DNA from: an uncultured Kofleriaceae bacterium
GTDB taxonomy: Bacteria; Myxococcota_A; Polyangia; Haliangiales; Haliangiaceae
Direction of reading: 5' to 3'
NCBI GenBank assembly: GCA_964410875.1
Contig: CAYPIX010000005.1
Span: 4,721 to 68,720, forward strand
DNA length: 64,000 bases
Below, piece after piece: positions 18,202 to 29,473 of this stretch. The position numbers and the translations under genes are program-made. The notes beneath the pieces are model-generated. The model did no database searches and had not been told where the DNA came from. It was given only the letters and a program-made list of their open reading frames with translations. Every line of letters starts with the position of its first letter. Positions within the stretch are counted from its first letter, which is position 1.

Positions 18202-18326
18202 TTCGAAACCCTTTGTTTTCAAGCTGTGAGAAATTACCCACATTGGAATCGCAACCTGACTAGCCTCCTGTTTGTGACACGATGACTCGCTTACCCGTGA
18301 TGGCAAACCGTTGGTTCCCAAACCGT

Positions 18327-19610
18327 TCAAAACGGGATTGAAACCGCACGACTTTCACCGGGGCGAAGGCTTCCCAATTCGATCTTTCCAACAGCGATGC
18401 GAATAAGTCGCAGAGTTGGATACCCCACCGCGGCAGTCATTCGCCTTACCTGCCGGTTTTTACCCTCGGAGATCGTCAAACGCAGCCAGGACGTCGGCGT
18501 TGATTTCCGGTACCGGATCGGTGGTTCTCGTTCAGGCATTCCTGGGTCAGGCATTATTTCGACCTCTGCCGGTTTACAAAGATATTCTCCAATAGACACA
18601 CCTTCGCGTAGTTTAGACAGCGAATCCTCCGTAGGACGCCCTTCTACCTGCACCCAATAGGTTTTTGCCTTCTCGAAGGTTGGGTGTGCCAACCGGTGCT
18701 GGACTTTTCCATCGTCGGTTAGAACCACGAGCCCTTCGGAGTCTTTATCAAGCCGACCTGCAGGGTAGACACCCTTGGGTAGGTCAAAGTCTCCAAGACA
18801 TCGTTCGTCTGCGCGAGGTTTCGTGAATGAACAAAGAACACCAAATGGTTTATGAAAGGCGATGAGACGGGTCTCTTTGTTTTGTCTGCTTGGTCCCTCT
18901 AAGGTTGGAACCCAAGGTGACGGAATCGGTGCAGAAAAAACCAATGGCTTCCCGGAAATTGAGTCGTCGAATGAAAAATGCTCTGCGTGAAGGCGCTGTC
19001 CTTCAAGACATCGATGTAGAGCCCTTTCGGTTTGGCCAAACGCTTCCTCGTCCGCGTAAAGTTTATCACCCAACACAGGGAAGCCGGCAATCGCTGCCTG
19101 TACACGGATTTGATGTCTTCGCCCGGTTATTAATTCAAAAGCCACAGAACTTAGACCGTCGAAAGTCTCGAGGACGGTGAATTTCGTAATCGCTTTTTTG
19201 CCGCCACTTCTGACCTTACGCATTAGATCTCTACCCCCCACTCTTTTCTTGGCGATAAAATCCTCAAGCTGCCCCGACGGCGAATCCGGTGTTCCCACAC
19301 AAACCGCTCGGTAGTGTTTTTGGCAAAGTCTCTCTTCGAAGACTCGCGAAAGCGTTTCTTTGCCCAATTCACTCCGCGAAAAAACCAGCACCCCAGATGT
19401 CCAGACATCCAAACGGTGATGCATGGTCAAGTGCCCAACTGAGCCATCCCGGTTTCCGAGAAAACTAGAAAGTGCGTCAAAGACATTTGCACGCGTTTTG
19501 TCGACGGTCCGATGGCTCGGGAACCCAGCGGGCTTGTTCAAAGCTAGGTAGTGTTCGTTCTCAAACAGGAGGCTCGTTTGAGAAAGGCGAATCGTTCGGC
19601 GGGTTTTCAA
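18327..19610 (-). CDS. Bifunctional-looking pseudouridine synthase: RluA-family domain fused to an RsuA/RluE-family domain
   Basis: Continuous 427-aa ORF. The N-terminal half has HRLDVWTSGVLVF and RHQIRVQ (RluA type). The C-terminal half has AGRLDKDSEGLVVLTDDG and NRQVRRM (RsuA/RluE type). There is no S4 domain. Confidence 0.8.
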   Translation of the reverse strand: MKTRRTIRLSQTSLLFENEHYLALNKPAGFPSHRTVDKTRANVFDALSSFLGNRDGSVGHLTMHHRLDVWTSGVLVFSRSELGKETLSRVFEERLCQKHYRAVCVGTPDSPSGQLEDFIAKKRVGGRDLMRKVRSGGKKAITKFTVLETFDGLSSVAFELITGRRHQIRVQAAIAGFPVLGDKLYADEEAFGQTERALHRCLEGQRLHAEHFSFDDSISGKPLVFSAPIPSPWVPTLEGPSRQNKETRLIAFHKPFGVLCSFTKPRADERCLGDFDLPKGVYPAGRLDKDSEGLVVLTDDGKVQHRLAHPTFEKAKTYWVQVEGRPTEDSLSKLREGVSIGEYLCKPAEVEIMPDPGMPEREPPIRYRKSTPTSWLRLTISEGKNRQVRRMTAAVGYPTLRLIRIAVGKIELGSLRPGESRAVSIPF

Positions 19611-19677
19611 TCCAGAGCCATGATACTCGCAATCTCATCCGCCCGGTGACCAAACTTCATGCGCTACTCTCATTGGA

Positions 19678-20400
19678 ATGGGACGGATCTTCGAAACCCG
19701 AAAAGCGACAATGTTTGCTCGGTGGAACCGTATGGCAAAGGCGTTCACTCGCGTTGCCAAGGAAATCACTATGGCCACCAAAGCTGGTGGTCCCGATCCA
19801 GACGGAAACCCCAGCCTACGCCGAGCGATTCAAAATGCACGGGCCGTCAACATGCCCAAGGACAAGATTGAAGGGGCAATCAAACGCGCCTCCAACAAGG
19901 ACACCGCGGACTACGAAGAACTGATTTACGAAGGCTACGCCCCACACGGGGTTGCAATCCTGGTAGTCGCAGCCACGGATAATCCAACTCGAACCGTTGC
20001 CAATGTTCGCATGCGTTTCAACAAAAACAACGGCAACATGGGCACAACCGGAAGCGTGGCGTTTGGTTTCAACCGCATGGGATGCTTTCGTCTCGAGCCC
20101 AAAGACATCGACCTTGAAGAGCTCGAACTTGATCTCATCGATCACGGTCTAGAAGAGATGGGTGAAAGTTCAGGAGAAAATGGTGAGCCCCAGGTCGTAG
20201 TCCGCTGCGCCTTGCAGAGTTTTGGTCCAATGCAATCCGCAATCGAAGCCAAAGGACTCACCACAATCGAATCCACATCAGAGTTCATTCCAACAACCAC
20301 AGTGGACTTGCCAGAAGACAAAGCCACAGAGGTGCTTAAACTTGTTGACGCGTTAGAGCAAGATGAGGATGTCCAGCAGGTCTTTCACAATTTGGCCTAA
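19678..20400 (+). CDS. YebC/PmpR-family transcriptional regulator
   Basis: 240-aa ORF whose N-terminus [25 protein letters not shown] and overall length are typical of the family. Confidence 0.85.
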   Translation: MGRIFETRKATMFARWNRMAKAFTRVAKEITMATKAGGPDPDGNPSLRRAIQNARAVNMPKDKIEGAIKRASNKDTADYEELIYEGYAPHGVAILVVAATDNPTRTVANVRMRFNKNNGNMGTTGSVAFGFNRMGCFRLEPKDIDLEELELDLIDHGLEEMGESSGENGEPQVVVRCALQSFGPMQSAIEAKGLTTIESTSEFIPTTTVDLPEDKATEVLKLVDALEQDEDVQQVFHNLA

Positions 20401-21494
20401 GTGCCGCCTGTCACCGTGCTCCAAAGCCCGCACTCTCTCTTGAGTTCTTTGTAGTCATTGAAAAAGCTATTCTCTGCTTCGCCGTATGGGTGACCGCCAC
20501 GGCGTACACTTCGATTGGCTTTAATCCACTTCTCCATAAGCTGCTCACCGCGCTTGGTTAAACTCAGAACCGATGCTCTGTTGGTTGTTCCGCGGCCAAA
20601 GTACTTCGCAAATTTGTCAGGTGTGCGGAGCTCGAGGTTCCGAAGATAATTTGCCGTATAGAATAGGAACATTGGCAATAAATTTAAGCTGGTTCCAATT
20701 TGCTTCGTTTCAACCAAGCGGATGAGGCCTTCCGTGCTAAGGCCATACGCAGTGAGCTCATCGAGGATGTGCACGATGCTGGCGGCGCCCCCTACCGGAA
20801 GATATAGGTTTTGAAAATGCTCGACAGTCAATTGGGTCTGTCGGTTTGCAAATCGAATCTTCGAACGAGCGACAGCCGCTGGCGGCAAGGCAAGAGGATC
20901 TAACCTAAAGCAAATGCTTTTGTCTTTTGTTGGGTCCCATACACAGTCGGGACCGGTCAAACCGTGAACAAGTTCATGGGCCAAAGCGATGTAGCTATGC
21001 CGATAGCGCTCAGACGCTTTGTCACTACAATCGAGCCATTTTACGGGACCAATATCCGGATCTTCCCAACGCCATTGGTGCCGCTTTCTTGCCCGAGAAA
21101 CCACACTCCTATAGTTGGACAAACCAAGGCGTTCAATATCCCGGAGCGCTCCTGGCAAACAATCGCTTCCGTTCTTTTTCGATGAAACCACAGGAAGAAC
21201 AGTCCCTTCCAATTTCTCCGATTTAGCCCGAGGCTCTTTGTAGACGAGAAATAGAACCGGGCCCCTCTGGTAGCGCTCTATGAAACAGGTCTTTGAAACA
21301 ACCTCTGTCGGGGTGCCCTCCCCAACGCCCGAGGCCCGGTACATCCGAGCCAAAAATACATCCGCGGTGGCTCGATCGATACATGGGGTCGAAGCCGTAC
21401 TTCGGCCATTTGGCCGACCGCCACAGGCCCCCGTTGCAGTCAAAACCCCCAAGAAAAGGCCCAAAATTCCTCTCTGAGCAAAAAAATGCGTCAC
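20397..21494 (-). CDS. Exported HExxH protein (putative zinc metallopeptidase-like)
   Basis: 365-aa ORF with a signal-like N-terminus, the motif [10 protein letters not shown] and several Cys residues. Confidence 0.5.
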   Translation of the reverse strand: MTHFFAQRGILGLFLGVLTATGACGGRPNGRSTASTPCIDRATADVFLARMYRASGVGEGTPTEVVSKTCFIERYQRGPVLFLVYKEPRAKSEKLEGTVLPVVSSKKNGSDCLPGALRDIERLGLSNYRSVVSRARKRHQWRWEDPDIGPVKWLDCSDKASERYRHSYIALAHELVHGLTGPDCVWDPTKDKSICFRLDPLALPPAAVARSKIRFANRQTQLTVEHFQNLYLPVGGAASIVHILDELTAYGLSTEGLIRLVETKQIGTSLNLLPMFLFYTANYLRNLELRTPDKFAKYFGRGTTNRASVLSLTKRGEQLMEKWIKANRSVRRGGHPYGEAENSFFNDYKELKRECGLWSTVTGGT

Positions 21495-21553
21495 TTTGGT
21501 TCAAATGTACGATAGTTCTTCGACAGAGTCCTAAATGTGACTCACATTATAGG

Positions 21554-22207
21554 ATGGCAAACGTTTTTAAGGGCCGTCTAGCAGCGCTTTTCGTAGGCGC
21601 TCTTTTCGTATTGCCCGCCCCACGAGAAGCGTTAGCGGGCAGTGATTGGACAATCTTTGGCAACGTCGGTGGCAACGCCTCGTGGGCCTCTGTAGAGCCA
21701 AGAGGCCCTAGGGATGGCGGCCCACGCTTCGGCCTCGGATTTGGTGGTGGACTCGAAAGAAGGCTGTCACGTGAAATTTCCATCAGCGGTGGCGTTCGCT
21801 ACTCGCAAAAAGGCGTCAATACAGAACTTCTGTCTTTTGGCAGACTGAACGTTACCGGCCAACTCATTCTTGACTACATCGAAATCCCGTTGCACCTCCG
21901 TTGGCAATACCAGCGAAGAGGATGGGACCCCTTCGTTTTTGGCGGTATCTCCTACGGTATTTCTAAGAACCGTGAGCTTAGGGTAGACCAGTTTTCATTC
22001 ATAAACGTCGACGTAGACTCCCGCTTTGACTCCCCGGATATCGTTCTTGACGTTGGAGCAGGAGCAGAAACAAGGTTAGGTCCTGGTTTGTCTCTACGAG
22101 TATGGGTTCAGTACGGGCATGGACTTCAAGACCTTGATAGGAACATCCAAACGTCTTACCACTCTAGGACGCTTACGTTGGGGGTTGGCCTCGCTCACAG
22201 GCTCTGA
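21554..22207 (+). CDS. Small outer-membrane beta-barrel protein
   Basis: Internal start MANVFKGRLAALFVGALFVLPAPREALA (signal peptide) in ORF 21293-22207. It shows an alternating hydrophobic pattern and an aromatic/hydrophobic C-terminal strand. Confidence 0.65.
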   Translation: MANVFKGRLAALFVGALFVLPAPREALAGSDWTIFGNVGGNASWASVEPRGPRDGGPRFGLGFGGGLERRLSREISISGGVRYSQKGVNTELLSFGRLNVTGQLILDYIEIPLHLRWQYQRRGWDPFVFGGISYGISKNRELRVDQFSFINVDVDSRFDSPDIVLDVGAGAETRLGPGLSLRVWVQYGHGLQDLDRNIQTSYHSRTLTLGVGLAHRL

Positions 22208-22286
22208 GCAGCGGCAAATGGCATTTGGGGGGGCGCTGGGGAGCGAAGACTTGCTAATGGGGAATGTTTCAAGTCAAACGTTCAAT

Positions 22287-22321
22287 CGACCTGAGCGTGC
22301 TGCTCAGCGTCGCCCTTTTTT
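22287..22321 (+). terminator. Intrinsic terminator downstream of the barrel gene
   Basis: CGACCTGAGC-gtgct-GCTCAGcGTCG forms a 10-bp stem with one bulge, followed by CCC and a T6 run. Confidence 0.6.
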
Positions 22322-22355
22322 ATCTCAGTCGATTTATTAGACGGTAGTGGTGTAG

Positions 22356-24291
<1,936 letters not shown>

Positions 24292-24295
<4 letters not shown>

Positions 24296-24915
24296 TTTGC
24301 CCCCTGTCGAAGGCGGGCCAATATCAGGTCGAGTGCAATGGGATTTTTTCCGCCCTCCGGGATGATCACGTCGGCCCACCGTTTCGAGGGCTCAACATAT
24401 GCGAGGTGCATAGGTCTAACGGTTTCCTGATATTGCTCGTAGACCGACATAAACGACCTGCCCCGTTTGTTGATGTCGCGCTTGATGCGTCTAAGAACAC
24501 GAAGATCAGAATCGGTGTCTACAAACACTCGTATATCAAGTTGTTCGCGAATCGACCTCTCGGCGAGTACCATAATGCCTTCGACGATCACCACACCTAG
24601 TGGAGAAACCCGTTCGGTGGTTTTCTTTCGTGTATGAGTCACGTAGTCGTAGACTGGGATCTCGACTGAATGGCCAGCGCGAAGTTCAGCAAGGTGTTTG
24701 GCCAATAAATCACTTTCAAGTGCATCAGGGTGATCGTAATTGACGCTATCCCTTAGGTCCTCAGCCAAATGGCCCTGATCGCGGTAGTAGCTGTCGTGCA
24801 AAATCGTCACGCATGCGTCGGAGCCGAGCGACTCCGCCAGATTCTTTGCCAGCCGAGTTTTTCCCGAACCAGAACCACCGGCCACACCTACAACCAGTGG
24901 TCTTTTGATCTCCAT
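24292..24915 (-). CDS. udk: Uridine kinase
   Basis: 207-aa ORF with P-loop VAGGSGSGKTRLAKNL and an overall Udk-like pattern. Confidence 0.85.
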
Positions 24916-25093
24916 TCGGTTCGTTTACCCGCCTAGCCGCGCCTTGCCAACCGATATCCATGGCCTTGGCTAGCCCGCCCGCGCCAAAGGTAAAGGTGCG
25001 CAAAGGTCTGATTTGTCCCGATCTAATTACCATTCACTTTAGCAATCGGTAACAATCCGCACACACGTGGTGGCCGCTGGTTTTGGGGGTTCG

Positions 25094-27523
25094 ATGCTGC
25101 GTTTGTTGGAAATCGTGCGAATACAAACCACAATTTACGCAATCGTCGGCGCGCTCATCGCTACCCAAGGGTTACCTCTTGCCCTAGCACAAGATTCGAA
25201 TTTTTTCTTAACCACTCCGGGCCCATTATCTAGTGAGCACGCAAAGTGGGACAACGAAGCCGGCTGCGATTCCTGCCACAGTGGCAAGTCGACTTCGAAT
25301 GCGAAGTGCTTAGGCTGTCACGAACATAAAGACCTGAAAAAAAGAATCGACTCGGGCAAGGGCTACCATTCCATAGCCAAGGTCAAAAAGAAGAACTGCG
25401 CAGTGTGTCACAACGAACACAAAGGGCGTAAGTACAACATCATGGGTTGGGGGTCAGTTCCCGGGGGAGAGCAAGGGTTCAACCACAGCCTTGCAGGCTG
25501 GGATAAAAAGGGAAAACACACCGTTCTTGCATGCAACGCATGTCACAAGAAAACCAACAAAGCGGGTCGTCGAATTTATCTTGGCGCAGACAAGGTTTGC
25601 GGGAATTGTCACAAAGACGACCAGCGCCATGGTTTCCAGCGTGCTTCCATGATGGTTTGCGAAAAATGCCATAGCGAAATCGCGTGGAAGCCAAGCCGAA
25701 AGAAGCTCGACTTCAATCACAACTCCGCGGCTGACGCAGACTTTCCCCAAGAAGGCGCGCACCAAGATGTCTCCTGTGGGAAGTGTCACCCAAAAACCAA
25801 ATTCAATTTAGGCTTCAAAGACCCAAACGAATGTCGCAACTGTCACAAGAGCTCGCACCAAGATCATCTATTTGATACCAAGGCCTGTACGTGGTGCCAC
25901 TCACCGAAGTTGAGCTCTTTTAGAAAACACAATTTCAAACACGAGGAGAAAACTCGCTTTGGCCTGAACGGTAAGCACGCAACTGCCCAATGTTACGACT
26001 GTCACACTTCTCGCTTGAAGAGCAAAAAACCAAGCAGGAGTTGTGCAAGTTGCCACGCGAATGACAATCCACACAGGGACCGTTTCAAGCAATTTGGAGA
26101 ACCGCCCAAGTGCCGCGTTTGCCACACGACCTCCAGTTTCTCCCCCAATCAATTTAGGGGCAACCATGGAGCTTCCACCGGTTTCCAACTCGAGGGTAAA
26201 CATAGAAAAATTACTTGTCGAAGCTGTCACCGCGGACGGAAGCCTTATGAATTTGAACCGCTCGAAGTGACAAAGAAAGGTACGTTGTGCATGAGCTGCC
26301 ATGCGCATAAGAACGTCCATAGCGGTGAGTTCACAGATGTTTCGGACATCGCTCTACGGCCCAAAACGCCCGAAGGACAAGCGAAACGATACTGCCTTGA
26401 ATGCCATAAAAACCCGGGGGCTCTCGATGTTCCGATTAGTGAAATCCCCCAGCACCAAGCCACTGGCAGCTTCCCCCTGGTTGGAGAGCACGCCAAAGTC
26501 GCATGCGATGGGTGTCACACCAATAGTGAGTTTAGAGGTACACCCAAGGAATGTGGAACAAGATGCCACCAGGACACGTTGCATAAAGGCAGCCTGGGTA
26601 AAGAGTGCTCTCGTTGCCATTCCCCAGGTGTCGCCAAATTCGCGAGCGACAGATTCGATCACAACGAAGACACAAAATTTCCTTTGCGAGGCGCGCACCA
26701 AGAGCTGCCCAAGTGTGTAGATTGCCACCCGAACCGGAAGTACGCAGAGACGCCATCAAATTGTTCGGCGGGGCAGTGTCATGCAAAGGACGATGCCCAC
26801 CAGGGTGCGTTAGGTACAACCTGCGAGAACTGTCACTCGGAGACCGAAGAGATTGTCTTTGACCACAACAAACAATCGGAGTTTGAGCTCGATGGAGCCC
26901 ATAGAACCACTGAATGCAGCAAGTGCCACTCCAGTATTACCTTTAAACCCACTCCCAAGACTTGCTATGGCGGTGGAGCTTGTCACCCAGAGCCCGACGC
27001 ACATAAAGGAGAGTATGGCGTTCTCTGCGAGGACTGTCACAACACAACATCCTTCACCCAAATAGAACCGCTACACAACGTGGGTGCTTTCTCTTTGACC
27101 GGCTCACACGATCGCATTTCCTGCGTAAGCTGTCACAAGAACAACCGCCTCTTAAAAGGAAGCGGCAACATGTGCATCAATTGTCATCGCCAAGACGACG
27201 TGCACTCGAACTCACTATCTCCGCAATGTGGTGATTGCCACAATCAATGGAGTTTTGCGCCAGCTAGATTTACTCACCTAACCGTGGGCTGCAACTTGGA
27301 AGGCCTGCACCGCACCCTACCCTGCCGAGACTGCCATAAGGGAGGAAACTTCGGCGCGCTTTCGCCTACGTGTTTCGGTTGCCACGCGGATACAGCGTTG
27401 CGAAAGGGAGTTAGCGGTACCGATCACACTGGGTTCATGACTTGTGCTGAGTGCCATAGTACAAATACCTGGCTACCAGGAATAGTTGGCGTTGGCTTTG
27501 GTAGGGAGTCCATATGCCGATGA
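25094..27523 (+). CDS. Periplasmic multihaem c-type cytochrome, ten triplets of haem-binding motifs
   Basis: ATG 25094 follows a GGGGG SD inside ORF 25067-27523. The signal peptide ends in ALAQD. I count 27 CXXCH plus CGTRCH, CSAGQCH and CYGGGACH. The recurring module is F-x-H...G-x-H...CXXCH. Confidence 0.9.
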   Translation: MLRLLEIVRIQTTIYAIVGALIATQGLPLALAQDSNFFLTTPGPLSSEHAKWDNEAGCDSCHSGKSTSNAKCLGCHEHKDLKKRIDSGKGYHSIAKVKKKNCAVCHNEHKGRKYNIMGWGSVPGGEQGFNHSLAGWDKKGKHTVLACNACHKKTNKAGRRIYLGADKVCGNCHKDDQRHGFQRASMMVCEKCHSEIAWKPSRKKLDFNHNSAADADFPQEGAHQDVSCGKCHPKTKFNLGFKDPNECRNCHKSSHQDHLFDTKACTWCHSPKLSSFRKHNFKHEEKTRFGLNGKHATAQCYDCHTSRLKSKKPSRSCASCHANDNPHRDRFKQFGEPPKCRVCHTTSSFSPNQFRGNHGASTGFQLEGKHRKITCRSCHRGRKPYEFEPLEVTKKGTLCMSCHAHKNVHSGEFTDVSDIALRPKTPEGQAKRYCLECHKNPGALDVPISEIPQHQATGSFPLVGEHAKVACDGCHTNSEFRGTPKECGTRCHQDTLHKGSLGKECSRCHSPGVAKFASDRFDHNEDTKFPLRGAHQELPKCVDCHPNRKYAETPSNCSAGQCHAKDDAHQGALGTTCENCHSETEEIVFDHNKQSEFELDGAHRTTECSKCHSSITFKPTPKTCYGGGACHPEPDAHKGEYGVLCEDCHNTTSFTQIEPLHNVGAFSLTGSHDRISCVSCHKNNRLLKGSGNMCINCHRQDDVHSNSLSPQCGDCHNQWSFAPARFTHLTVGCNLEGLHRTLPCRDCHKGGNFGALSPTCFGCHADTALRKGVSGTDHTGFMTCAECHSTNTWLPGIVGVGFGRESICR

Positions 27524-29178
27524 CCGCACTACGCATATCGGCAGTGGCATTCTGCTTATGTTCCTCTGTGCTTTCCCACGCCGAAGAAAAACGTTCACAG
27601 CGCAATTCGCGATTCTTTTTTGACGAACCCGAGGCCGATGAAGTCTTAACCCAAACAGGCTTTGACGGCAGCCTCGTTTTGACGACCTTATATTTCTCTG
27701 AGTCCTCTCAACCTTTCGATCTGGGAGGAGGGACGCCTGGGCAAAATGCAAGTGGCGTCACACGGTTCTTCACTGACTTAAGAGCCCGCCTGGATGTCGA
27801 GCACATAAAGGGAGGCCGCTGGCATCTGCGGACTGACATTCGAGGTCGGTTAACCCCCGGGGCTTGTCGTACGCAAAGCCGTAGTTCACTCGATGCTTGC
27901 ACGCGGTTTCAGTCGGGTTCTCTATCGGGGAATGAGATCGACTTTAACCAATTCTATTTCACACGCTCCAACGCTGGTTCAACGTGGAGTATTGGCCGTC
28001 AATTTGTGAGCGAGCTCACCTACACAAAGGTCGACGGAATCCGGTATGACCACAAGCTTACAGACAAATGGAAAGCTATCGGTTTCGCGGGTCTATACCC
28101 CGCACTCATTTCCCGGGATATCCGCTCCGATTACCCAGTACTCAACGATGCGTCCACCAGAACCCGCAGACGATCCTTGCCCGTCACGGGTGGCGGTGGT
28201 GTCGCGTACGAGTATGGCAACTACTTCGGCTCGTTTGGCGGAACGGTTATAGCTCCATTGACGAAAGAATTGGGACAGCTTGGCAACGGCGCAGGCGGCA
28301 CTGGCAGAATCGAAAAATTTCGCGTTTTCGCCAACGCTCAAGGGCACGCCAAATTACTTTCAAATTTAGATGTTCATCACTCCGCAATATTTGATGTCCG
28401 AGGCCCAAGTGGCCCCGGATTTACTAACCTCGGTCTCGGTCTTCACTTTCGCCCCTTTAGCGGTTTCCGAACCTACCTACAAGCCACCAGAGTGAGTACT
28501 GACATTCTAAATGTCAATGCGCAGTCTCAGCTCGAGACCCCAGGTAACCAGACCAACGTGGTGCAAAACAATGTAGCAGTACGACGGATTTCTCAAGAGT
28601 CAGCGCGTCTTGGGGCAACGGTTTCCGCGTTTGAGAACCGCTTTGAGCTCTCATCCATAGTCACAGCTCGAAGACGGCCCCGTATCACTCTCATATCTAA
28701 CGCTGGGAACCCTATTGAATTTGGAGCAGCCAAGGCAGTTGAAGTCACCGTTCATGCGGTAGACAAATACTCCTTCGCGGGACTGCGAATTGGGGGTTAC
28801 CTGACTCACTCCCTAGGTATAGGCAAGAACAATCTGAACCGAGGTAGTTACACCTCCGTAGGTGTAGACGCTCGCCGCTCCTTCCTACACGGGAAGGCTG
28901 AGTTTGACGGTTCAGTAACGTACCTTATCTCCACGGACGAAACGCGTTCTCAGTTATGCGACCCACAGAATATTGAAACTTGTTACGGCTCCGCCGCAAC
29001 GTCCTTGCTAGGGCTGACAGCAAATGGCTTCTATCGGTTTTCCGACAGTTGGTTTGTTCTGGGCGGCCTAAACCTGGCAACGCAGGCCAGCAATTCAATC
29101 AATATAGAAGGACAGCGTCGGCGCGCGCCTTCTATATTGATGACAACGTTCTTTAGCCGTCTCGCCTACCGGTTCTAG
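27514..29178 (+). CDS. Outer-membrane beta-barrel protein (porin-like), coupled to the cytochrome gene
   Basis: 554-aa ORF with a signal peptide ending SHAEE and many alternating strands. The C-terminus RLAYRF is a typical OMP terminal Phe. Its start overlaps the cytochrome stop. Confidence 0.7.
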   Translation: MPMTALRISAVAFCLCSSVLSHAEEKRSQRNSRFFFDEPEADEVLTQTGFDGSLVLTTLYFSESSQPFDLGGGTPGQNASGVTRFFTDLRARLDVEHIKGGRWHLRTDIRGRLTPGACRTQSRSSLDACTRFQSGSLSGNEIDFNQFYFTRSNAGSTWSIGRQFVSELTYTKVDGIRYDHKLTDKWKAIGFAGLYPALISRDIRSDYPVLNDASTRTRRRSLPVTGGGGVAYEYGNYFGSFGGTVIAPLTKELGQLGNGAGGTGRIEKFRVFANAQGHAKLLSNLDVHHSAIFDVRGPSGPGFTNLGLGLHFRPFSGFRTYLQATRVSTDILNVNAQSQLETPGNQTNVVQNNVAVRRISQESARLGATVSAFENRFELSSIVTARRRPRITLISNAGNPIEFGAAKAVEVTVHAVDKYSFAGLRIGGYLTHSLGIGKNNLNRGSYTSVGVDARRSFLHGKAEFDGSVTYLISTDETRSQLCDPQNIETCYGSAATSLLGLTANGFYRFSDSWFVLGGLNLATQASNSINIEGQRRRAPSILMTTFFSRLAYRF

Positions 29179-29473
29179 CGCGCATTAAGCAACAACCTAC
29201 CTCTGTGTCATCATGCGACACGCAGAGCATACTGAGAATTTTCCAAGTGTCTGCTCGCCTGAGACAAAGACATACCTATCGCGCTTCATCGCATAAAGGA
29301 ATACTGTGCGCCGGGTGTGAGCCTCCCAATGTCTACAAAAGACCTCAGGTCCTTTGTCCTCTTATTTCGTATTGAATCTTACCTATGTTACCGAGTAAAC
29401 TAGTAGGTCTAGAGTTTGCTTTGTAGAGTTGCCAGCGTTCGCTTTTGAACGCATCTTTTTGGGGGGGAAGACT

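Noticed and set aside
18195-18215. tRNA-like T-loop string GTTCGAAACC
   Set aside because: The flanking sequence cannot form an acceptor or T stem, and no cloverleaf could be drawn.
21293-21553. N-terminal extension of the outer-membrane barrel ORF, overlapping the divergent gene 20397-21494
   Set aside because: The extension overlaps the neighbouring gene on the other strand and has no signal peptide. An internal ATG at 21554 yields a standard signal peptide.
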